Shown piece by piece: positions 28,030 to 35,367 of a stretch of 35,367 nt of DNA (the first letter of the stretch is position 1; the number at the start of each line of letters is the position of its first letter). The translations under genes and the position numbers were made by a program. Under the pieces are notes generated by a model. That model searched no databases, had not been told where the DNA came from, and was given only the letters and a program-made list of their open reading frames with translations. The stretch is from an uncultured Gammaproteobacteria bacterium (lineage in GTDB: Bacteria; Patescibacteriota; Microgenomatia; UBA10105; UBA927): NCBI GenBank assembly GCA_964582845.1, contig CAZOTW010000004.1, positions 1 through 35,367 of the forward strand, read 5' to 3'.

Positions 28030-28833
28030 TTAGTCTTGATACCGCAGAGCATTTGCTAATTCCCCCAGGTACGATGTGCCTTCAAGTAAATATTGTTTTG
28101 CCTCCCCTACTTGACTCGTCATACTATCAAACCTTCGGGTGAGTTCCTGAAGATCATTGATTTGCAGTTGGGTGTTGGCGGATGAGATTTGGTTGATTTT
28201 TTGCTGATAGAGGCTGCGTTTATCGGTAATCTGCAGGACCCACCGATTAATGGTATTGAGCTTGTCTTGGGGAAAAATGGATCCCTGGGTGAGGATAATG
28301 GCTTTTGCATTTTGCAGAAGCGTATCGTACTTCGCGCTGAGGATGGCGAGGTTTCCCAGTGACAGACCGATAATGATTTGGCGCATGGATGTTTGCAGGA
28401 TAATGTAATGAGACTCTAGTTGTGTTGAGACGGTTTGGGCATCATTAATCGATCCCACAGCTGGGATGAGTTGGCTGTGGCTATCCAGAAACTTCACTTC
28501 GTTATTGAGGAGTGTCTGATACGTTTGTTTTGTCGTTGGATTCAGCCCCTGGTTCTCGCCAAGCTCTTCATTGAGGAGAAGTAAATACGCACGGAGCACC
28601 TGATCGCGTTGGGCCAACATGATTTTCGTTTTCTCGAGGGCCGTCGTTTGTGACTCCAGTGTCTTGAATTTATCGTAGGAATTTTTGGCTACCTGAAAAT
28701 CCGAATACTTCTGTCGGTAGACGTCAAACTGGTAAAGGTAGTCCTGGTATGCTTGCGTGGATGAGGCGTAGATAAAGCCTGCAAGGGACAGTAGTACCAG
28801 CAAGACGAAACAATAGATGGGCAGCCGTCTCAT
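28030..28833 (-). CDS. secreted or anchored helical hypothetical protein
   Basis: Start moved to MRRLPIY (signal-like), since the upstream ORF extension runs through the tRNA and hairpins. Confidence 0.75.
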   Translation of the reverse strand: MRRLPIYCFVLLVLLSLAGFIYASSTQAYQDYLYQFDVYRQKYSDFQVAKNSYDKFKTLESQTTALEKTKIMLAQRDQVLRAYLLLLNEELGENQGLNPTTKQTYQTLLNNEVKFLDSHSQLIPAVGSINDAQTVSTQLESHYIILQTSMRQIIIGLSLGNLAILSAKYDTLLQNAKAIILTQGSIFPQDKLNTINRWVLQITDKRSLYQQKINQISSANTQLQINDLQELTRRFDSMTSQVGEAKQYLLEGTSYLGELANALRYQD

Positions 28834-28912
28834 ACTATGATCGTACATGCTTGGGAAGGACGGGTCAAGTAAAGTTATAGTGCTCTCGAGAGGAGTTGTC
28901 CCGAAAGTATCT

Positions 28913-28973
28913 TTCCGCCTTTGGCGGAATAGAACTTCGGGATCCCGCATCCCGATCAAATCGGGATGCGGGA
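28913..28973. repeat. hairpin pair downstream of tRNA-Leu
   Basis: ttccgcc-ttt-ggcggaa (28913-28929) and the 14-bp perfect tcccgcatcccgat-caa-atcgggatgcggga (28943-28973). Confidence 0.8.
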
Positions 28974-28995
28974 AACCTCCTGCCAAGTATGTCAG

Positions 28996-29078
28996 TGCCA
29001 GAGGAGAGACTCGAACTCTCATGCTTTTTGGGCACACGGTCCTAAGCCGTGCCTGTATACCAGTTTCAGCACTCTGGC
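28996..29078 (-). tRNA. tRNA-Leu(TAG)
   Basis: Acceptor stem GCCAGAG/CTCTGGC, anticodon arm CACGG-CTTAGGA-CCGTG, long variable arm, TTCGAGT T-loop. Confidence 0.95.
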
Positions 29079-29149
29079 GGCGGGCAAGTATACCACTCAC
29101 TCATGATAAATCCACATTATTATATAAGGAACCAAGGGGATGCGCCAGT

Positions 29150-29743
29150 TTAGATATTGAGGGCTAGCTCTTCGGGATCGGTTGGCTGAAAGGATTCTAT
29201 TTTATCGATAAAGAATCGTACGTGAGCGGGCCATGCGGGTGACGCGGCATAGATGTAGCCGATTTCTTCGATCGATTGAGCGCCTTTGTCGATATAGTTT
29301 TTCTTCAGTCCTTCTGATACGGAGGCAATGCCGTCTTTCCAACTAGCGAATGCGATGCCGTACTGGGCGCCTGTCGGGATCCCCCATCCCCACGCGTTAT
29401 ACGATCCTGAAGGGATATGTTTTCCGAATGTTGATTCTACACCGGCAATAGCGGCGACCAATTTCCAGTCCAGATTATTTTTATCCGCCTCACTGATAAA
29501 CGTTTTGGCTTGCTGTTCAAGAGGAGAATTATGTGCATGCAAAAATGCGCGAAGAAGCTCCGGGCGCATGTCTATTTCGGGGTCGCGTAAATCGCTAAAG
29601 TGAACGCCATTTATATCACCAAAATGGATAATAAGACTGGCGGCGTCATTGGCAATGGATTGTGCGGCAAAGACCGCCTTCGGTGAGCCGATCATGACGG
29701 CCAATGTCAGGACGCAAGCAAATGCTTGTATTGTGTTTTTCAT
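29150..29743 (-). CDS. secreted lysozyme-like (glucosaminidase-type) peptidoglycan hydrolase
   Basis: Signal peptide, DWKLVAAIAGVESTFGK, YNAWGWG. Confidence 0.75.
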   Translation of the reverse strand: MKNTIQAFACVLTLAVMIGSPKAVFAAQSIANDAASLIIHFGDINGVHFSDLRDPEIDMRPELLRAFLHAHNSPLEQQAKTFISEADKNNLDWKLVAAIAGVESTFGKHIPSGSYNAWGWGIPTGAQYGIAFASWKDGIASVSEGLKKNYIDKGAQSIEEIGYIYAASPAWPAHVRFFIDKIESFQPTDPEELALNI

Positions 29744-29992
29744 AGTCTCCTACCCTACTTCAGTCAGTGCCATTTGGCGGGCTTGACGAAAGTGAGGCAT
29801 GAGGCTAGAGCAGGGGCAAAAGGGGCGAGATGTTTAGCCTTGGTTGAGGCCAAAATGGCCACCCCGTACTTCGCTTCGCGAATACGGGGTCGTTGCTGCT
29901 AAACTCCCCCGCAAGAGCGGGATCGTTAAGCAAGCCACGAAAAAATCCTAAAGCAGATTAGATTAGTAATCTACCTTAGGATCTAAGGGGGC

Positions 29993-30021
29993 ATTATACA
30001 GCGAATAAAACACTTTGTCAA
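29993..30021 (-). promoter_or_regulatory. perfect consensus sigma70 promoter
   Basis: TTGACA (30016-30021), 17-nt spacer, TATAAT (29993-29998). Confidence 0.8.
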
Positions 30022-30128
30022 GTGCTATGGGCTAAATGGCAATTTCAGGCTATCTTCATGTAGTTTGCAGCAACGACCAAAATATTAAAATACAAAGCTT
30101 TAATGGATATGTTATCGGCCACAACCAA

Positions 30129-30731
30129 TCAGATTATGGAGTTGCGGAAGCGTTCAACGCAGGTGGTCCAGGAGTATTGTGTGTTCACCGATGGTGGCGC
30201 CCAAATGGCACCGATATCCCGCAGATCCGTAATTCCCCTATCGTAATATTTTTCTTTTATGTACTTCGTGACCCACTCGATAGACTGTTGCCAATCTGCA
30301 AATGCTTTTCCTTTCAGCTGTCCGGTATACACGGCGATACCGAATGCATTGTATTCATTTTTCTTCGGTATGCGTTTCCCGGCGTTGGACTCACACATGG
30401 CAATTGCGGGGACCAATCGAAAATCAACGCCATATCTGTCTGCTTCCGCGACAATGGCATCGGCGATGTCACTCATCGGAGAGTTATACTTTTCTAAAAA
30501 TGATTTCACCAGGAGTACGCGGGCGTCGCCGGCAGTGACGGTGGCACTGAGTACTTGAGATGTGCCCGCCGAAGCAGTCAGTTGAAATGGTGTTTCCTCG
30601 GGTGGGTAGGTACTCAACTTTGTCCCGTTGGCGCGGGTTTGGGTATAGGAGGCAAGGAGCGTCAAGTTAATGATGAGTAAAATATATGTAAGTGGAAACC
30701 ATGCCAAAACCAGCAGACTTTTCCTGAACAT
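30129..30731 (-). CDS. membrane-anchored lysozyme-like (glucosaminidase-type) hydrolase, paralog
   Basis: DFRLVPAIAMCESNAGK, YNAFGI. Confidence 0.75.
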   Translation of the reverse strand: MFRKSLLVLAWFPLTYILLIINLTLLASYTQTRANGTKLSTYPPEETPFQLTASAGTSQVLSATVTAGDARVLLVKSFLEKYNSPMSDIADAIVAEADRYGVDFRLVPAIAMCESNAGKRIPKKNEYNAFGIAVYTGQLKGKAFADWQQSIEWVTKYIKEKYYDRGITDLRDIGAIWAPPSVNTQYSWTTCVERFRNSII

Positions 30732-30876
30732 ACGAACATAGTGTCATAGGAAAACAGATGTGTCAACTTGATGACATCGTAAGTAATAGATTGCAATATT
30801 TTTATAGTATCTATCGGGGAATTTATCCTTCCGATTTCATGAACTGCTATTCATTGAAATTGATCATCTATAAATT

Positions 30877-31092
30877 TCAAGTGGGATTTGTACCGGATTG
30901 ATCTTTTTCACTTGGTATCCGTAGTGTCGTTTTTTCTGTTACCACCAAACCGTGATTTGTGTGACAAACATCAACTTCTATTAGCGCAGGAATCTCAAAT
31001 TTTTGCATTAGTCCCACGTCATCGACCAATTCTACCGTTGCAGCTGTGTCTTGATTGGATATAATTCCACCTTCTGATTCATGATCTACCAT
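30877..31092 (-). CDS. small hypothetical protein (71 aa)
   Basis: GAAGGGG SD-like sequence and tandem extended -10 boxes upstream. Confidence 0.5.
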   Translation of the reverse strand: MVDHESEGGIISNQDTAATVELVDDVGLMQKFEIPALIEVDVCHTNHGLVVTEKTTLRIPSEKDQSGTNPT

Positions 31093-31138
31093 ATTATTTC
31101 CCCTTCTTGGGCAGTAATGGATTTTGGCTATTTAGGTC

Positions 31139-31175
31139 CCAATTATAGCATAATTACCAATTATAGCATAATTAC
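31139..31175. repeat. 18-bp tandem duplication in divergent promoter region
   Basis: ccaattatagcataatta x2. Each unit is near-palindromic and reads TGcTATAAT on the minus strand. Confidence 0.9.
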
Positions 31176-31209
31176 TCATACGAATGAGCCGTGGCATATC
31201 CCCGTATTC

Positions 31210-31238
31210 TTGACTCAGATACTAACGGGCAGCATAAT
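31210..31238 (+). promoter_or_regulatory. promoter of the 649-aa gene
   Basis: TTGACT-17-CATAAT. Confidence 0.55.
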
Positions 31239-31269
31239 GAACTAAATACAGAATTTATAGTATACCGCT

Positions 31270-33219
31270 ATGGCAGAAAGTGACTCCTCAGGACCAAAAA
31301 ATCAAGATAGAAGAAATTTTTTAAAACTGGTGACCGGAGGGGCAGTATTGGTAGGAACAGGAACACTTGGTGTTGCCCTTAGAAATAATACTGCTTCTCA
31401 ACCAGCTTCTGAACCGGTTGCCGGTGACGCAAACACCGCACCAACAATTCCTCAGGGTATTTCGAAAACACCGACGATTCCCCAGATTGAGCGAGTGGGA
31501 ATACCCGAGTTTATTGATATCGGACCATTTATTGTTGAAACGCAAGAAGTCTATGAGGGAGAAAAAGTCTCGCGTTTAGATTATGCAAAACTATCCGAAG
31601 CATACCCCGACGTTGTACGGTTCGTTGATGATGAAAATTTTACCGGATATGTCATTTTTAATCCCAATAACGCGCCGTTAACCATAAACCTAAAATCAGC
31701 GGCTGGGAAAACGATTCGCTTCGACCCCACACTTGTCAAACGAGCGGCGATGGATGACGTGCCACTCGCCTTCGTCTATGACAATCCCTCGAATCGATCC
31801 CGGCAATCAGGTTTTAGTTCGGTAAATGCAGGGATGGTTTTGGTGGGTAATATAACCATAGACGGAGGGGTCAGTTCCGACGAAGAGCGACCTGTTTTCC
31901 TCGCGAGTACGCCGCCAGACAATACCTATAAAACAACACAGCGCGTCATATATGGGCGCTCCTATTCTATGGAGGATGGCGCTCCGCTTTCCCACATTGC
32001 GGTTCAAGCAGTCAATATCGTAGGACCGTCACTTTTTTCTGATTCAGATGGAGATTTTGGTGTCGCCCCTGCGGCAATTGCTATCGATCGGGCAAATGTT
32101 CATATCGGACTATGTAATATAGATGGGTCTCTTCGACATAATTTACCCTTTCGCGGGATCGTGACATCAATCGATAATCAACAAACTCTCTTATCTGACC
32201 CCTCGTTTCCAGCAGCACTTCGATCGGTAGCGAAAACAACCGCAAGCGACCTTGAAGCTGCACTCGATGTCCTCATAGAGCCACATCGGACTCGCGGGGA
32301 ACTTTCAAGAGGAGTCATTATAAATAATCCTGATCCGACGCAAGCACTGGGGTGTTCTATAGATTATTGCATATTTCGAAACATTCCCTGGGACGCAGTG
32401 AATAGCAACGGGCGAGTGGATTTGCGGTTTGTAGGGGTGAAACCGGACGCAGCGAACAGTAATCCATCGTATACCGTGCAAATCCTTCAAGATCCTATAT
32501 ATGGCGATAGATTCGGCGCCGGTGCGGCAATTAGCATCACGAACGGTGGGCAAGGAGAGGTTGAGGTGGTAGGAGCAAATCTTGTCTTCGGAAAAGGAGT
32601 ATGGTACATCAACAATCAGAATGTCGCAGAACCAGCTCGCGTGAAAATCGTCAGCTCCAGAATCGAAACCCAACAATGGGCAATCGGTGGGCGGAATAGC
32701 GCTATAGAGGTTAATAACGTCAATATCCACGTTAAGGATGTTCAAAGTAGAACATTGCCCTACAACCGAGACACGCAGACGGTATCCATAAGTGAAGATA
32801 ATTTCGTTATCAACGTAGGGCAAAATACCGTTTTTATCAATGATGGGATGGGTTTTTATTTACCCTCTGAGCCGATTGATCCCAATAGCGTAGTCTATCT
32901 CTTTAACGTTTCTCATACCATGTTTTCTGATTTTATGAAGCAATCAGGAGGGCCCCTCGAAGCATTTAAAAAAATATTGCAGTTAAACCTAGGGCTGATA
33001 GTTCAGGCAGGTGATCAGCCTTTGGGAGATATATTTACCTCTCGGTCAATTCAGGATGCTGTTCAAAGATTGCCATACGATGCCACAAAAGGCTATGGAA
33101 ATATTGCCGTTGTGTATGATCCGAAGGAAAAAAAGATCGGTGTGGCATTAGTCGGTGGAGGAGATAGAAAAACAAATATCCCAAGTACCGGTACGGTAGT
33201 CTGGGCGCAAAAGAAATAG
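31270..33219 (+). CDS. large hypothetical exported protein with twin-arginine-like N-terminus, possibly beta-helix
   Basis: DRRNFLK plus hydrophobic stretch. Val/Ile/Asn/Gly-rich beta patterns. Confidence 0.8.
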   Translation: MAESDSSGPKNQDRRNFLKLVTGGAVLVGTGTLGVALRNNTASQPASEPVAGDANTAPTIPQGISKTPTIPQIERVGIPEFIDIGPFIVETQEVYEGEKVSRLDYAKLSEAYPDVVRFVDDENFTGYVIFNPNNAPLTINLKSAAGKTIRFDPTLVKRAAMDDVPLAFVYDNPSNRSRQSGFSSVNAGMVLVGNITIDGGVSSDEERPVFLASTPPDNTYKTTQRVIYGRSYSMEDGAPLSHIAVQAVNIVGPSLFSDSDGDFGVAPAAIAIDRANVHIGLCNIDGSLRHNLPFRGIVTSIDNQQTLLSDPSFPAALRSVAKTTASDLEAALDVLIEPHRTRGELSRGVIINNPDPTQALGCSIDYCIFRNIPWDAVNSNGRVDLRFVGVKPDAANSNPSYTVQILQDPIYGDRFGAGAAISITNGGQGEVEVVGANLVFGKGVWYINNQNVAEPARVKIVSSRIETQQWAIGGRNSAIEVNNVNIHVKDVQSRTLPYNRDTQTVSISEDNFVINVGQNTVFINDGMGFYLPSEPIDPNSVVYLFNVSHTMFSDFMKQSGGPLEAFKKILQLNLGLIVQAGDQPLGDIFTSRSIQDAVQRLPYDATKGYGNIAVVYDPKEKKIGVALVGGGDRKTNIPSTGTVVWAQKK

Positions 33220-33302
33220 GATAACCCTGGAATTTTGTGACGCGAATTCCCTTCTCTCTTTCGCAGTTTGACTCTCCCAAACATAACTGAGATACTTATT
33301 TT

Positions 33303-34070
33303 ATGGCTGATGCGGGATCATCTCACCCAGAGAGCGACAACGACGTTCCTTTAGTTGTGGACTTAACCAGACGTAATTTCTTGCGGCTTATGGCAATTTT
33401 TGGGGGAACAGTTGCCACCGTCGGATGGTCCGCTATCCTCTATTTTTTTAACCTTGGGGTGCCTGATATACGAATAGAAATACTATTAGCCGTTATTTGC
33501 GTTGTTTTGTTCTGTAGTTCGTATCTAAAACATATAAAAACAGTGTATTGGTCGTTTGTCATTGTTACTTTTTTTGTCGTTCTGTCATTTAATATCTTCC
33601 ATTCAGATACCAATCCCATGATATATAGTTCTATTACGTTGTTTCCTTTAGTTGCTTTATTTCTTTTAGGCTCCCTCTGGGGAGGAATTTTCAGCACCGT
33701 CTACATATTTATATTGATATTCGTTTACTCTTTTCGGGTGACCTCATTGTCTCTTGACTCCTTCACTATCTTTCACATCATGTTTCATGTCGTGACGGCG
33801 ACGGTTATTGCATACTTTTACCAAAGTGCACAAAAAAACGCACAACACGTTGTCGATGCCAAAGAAAAAGAAAAGGAAAAAACGATAGAAGAATTACACT
33901 TGGAAATTGTTAAACGAGAACAAGCAGAAGAGCAGCTCAAACAAAACATCACAAAAATAGAATCTCAAAAGAAAGAACTTGAGAAACTTAATTCGTTGAT
34001 GGTAGGGAGAGAACTCGCTATGGCTGACATGAAAAGGAAAATGAAAGAGTTGGAGTCGCAGCATCAATAA
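33303..34070 (+). CDS. polytopic membrane protein with C-terminal coiled coil (sensor-like, no output domain)
   Basis: TRRNFLR, ~6 TMs, ...LEKLNSLMVGRELAMADMK tail. Confidence 0.8.
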   Translation: MADAGSSHPESDNDVPLVVDLTRRNFLRLMAIFGGTVATVGWSAILYFFNLGVPDIRIEILLAVICVVLFCSSYLKHIKTVYWSFVIVTFFVVLSFNIFHSDTNPMIYSSITLFPLVALFLLGSLWGGIFSTVYIFILIFVYSFRVTSLSLDSFTIFHIMFHVVTATVIAYFYQSAQKNAQHVVDAKEKEKEKTIEELHLEIVKREQAEEQLKQNITKIESQKKELEKLNSLMVGRELAMADMKRKMKELESQHQ

Positions 34071-34382
34071 TTGTATTGATGGTGAGCCAGCTCACCTGGC
34101 TTCCACCAAGCTGAGCTTGGTGAGCGTGCAGAGATTCCCATTCGACTCTGATTCGGCTTTGCTCCTCGACAAGCTCGGAACTTTGCTCACCATCGCTCAG
34201 AGGAAACTTATTATCCCGCCGTACTATTTGAGCCAACTATCCGTTAGTTGGAACTCCTTATAAGCCGATAACCTTCCATATTCGAAAGTAGTCATGGAGT
34301 AGATCCTTTAGTGGGACATATATTGTTTGATTGAGCGTGGAGTGTTGATTTACTATAAGCTTTACACTATAATTTGACTCTT

Positions 34383-35367
34383 ATGTCCTCGCTTTTTGAA
34401 TCAGCCCGATCTATTGCTAGGGACAGCGATGAGCCACGTCCGTCCCGCGAGCTAATTGACCAACAGCTTCAGGTTCTCATCGAACTCTTCCCTAGCCTCT
34501 CTGCGGTGTTTCCCATGCACGATGAATTTGATTTTACCAATGGGATTGATTCCGCTATTGCGAAAAATATACATGAACATGGCTTGAGGATAGGGAACGA
34601 ATTCGTTACTCCGGAGGAAATTCGTCTTCTCTTTGCCGATTGTCCTGACGAATATAACCGTTTGTGGGATTTATCAGACACGGAAAAGACAGAATATGGA
34701 CTATTAGTGCGCGCTTCTTTTTCTACGCGGCACCCTTTTTATCCAGAAGGTCAACGCTGGTTTCCTACCTATGCATTGGGGTTGCTTAAGGCTATTGGAT
34801 CGCAGGATAGCTTGGAATCTGCCAAAGGGGCGGTTCGAGCTGTTGGAAGCGCCCAATTAGAGGAGATTATGTCCGACCCTGATTTCGTTGGTTGGATAAG
34901 CTCTTTGTGGAAAAGCCCCAAACGGGTCTTTCGGCATGTCGCCTATAATCCGAATCCCCCGCAGGCATTACAAACGCTTGCTTATTTATGCTCTGATTCA
35001 TCGGCCCGCCATGATATTTCGGCTATTAGTCACGAGTTGCATGAAAGAGAAAAAACCTTTGGGAATATATATCTTGACGAGGTCACCAATGTCGATTGTT
35101 GGCAGCAACTCTTAGGTCTTTATCGTCAACACGGTAATGTCCGAGTCTTTCGTGACCGGGTAGTGAGGGCCCAAAAACTCGATACAGTCTCGCGGCAGTT
35201 TTATGAATGTCCGAATACTCGTCACGTAGAATATGGCTTAGCGTTTTGTCACATGACCGATCAGCAGATGGAAGATTATCAAAATGTCGTGGGTGCACTT
35301 TGTGGATACCCTGCAAATAGTCCTGGCATAGAAGTGTCTCTTTCATGTATTGCCACACTGGCTCCGT
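34383..35367 (+). CDS. hypothetical protein, 3'-partial (missing from the ORF track)
   Basis: ATG at 34383 (MSSLFESARS...) read by hand with no stop for 328 codons to the window end. TATAAT lies 9 nt upstream. Confidence 0.8.
   Translation, partial: MSSLFESARSIARDSDEPRPSRELIDQQLQVLIELFPSLSAVFPMHDEFDFTNGIDSAIAKNIHEHGLRIGNEFVTPEEIRLLFADCPDEYNRLWDLSDTEKTEYGLLVRASFSTRHPFYPEGQRWFPTYALGLLKAIGSQDSLESAKGAVRAVGSAQLEEIMSDPDFVGWISSLWKSPKRVFRHVAYNPNPPQALQTLAYLCSDSSARHDISAISHELHEREKTFGNIYLDEVTNVDCWQQLLGLYRQHGNVRVFRDRVVRAQKLDTVSRQFYECPNTRHVEYGLAFCHMTDQQMEDYQNVVGALCGYPANSPGIEVSLSCIATLAP

Noticed and set aside
28834-29100. N-terminal extension of ORF 28030..29100
   Set aside because: It runs through tRNA-Leu and hairpins. 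The signal-like sequence begins at 28833.
29150-30731. Prophage lysis module
   Set aside because: Both hydrolases have signal or anchor sequences and their own promoters, with no holin or phage structural genes.
34018-34295. Minus-strand small ORF or frameshifted remnant with local hairpins
   Set aside because: It is short, has a TTG start, overlaps the convergent gene and shows no recognisable motif, so support is insufficient.

Overview
Window from what looks like a Patescibacteria/CPR (Microgenomates-like) chromosome. The lineage is inferred from gene content: a short trigger factor, a YerC/TrpR-like protein, VLGA-LAxTG surface proteins and leaderless starts. From left to right it holds: (i) a minus-strand operon preceded by a Thr6 leader peptide with attenuator-like hairpins; (ii) an ATKDDL-repeat protein and an AAA+ ATPase; (iii) a TrpR-like gene bracketed by two identical palindromes; (iv) a ~21 kb co-oriented cell-surface glycan locus (3427-24584) with a 1561-aa GT2-GT2-flippase-GT4 fusion, three GT2 paralogs, a frameshifted GT4, two GT-C membrane transferases, a SAF oxidoreductase, two glycoside hydrolase-like proteins, acetyl-, pyruvyl- and methyltransferases, and two substrate-sortase pairs whose substrates share a GGPGDGLSDGRSDGRS...GQVLGA...LAxTG tail; (v) a RAYT transposase whose inverted-repeat ends enclose tRNA-Val(CAC); (vi) tig, tRNA-Leu(TAG) and two lysozyme-like paralogs; (vii) two adjacent twin-arginine-motif proteins and an open ORF running off the right end. 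All family calls come from motif recognition by eye, with no database searches.
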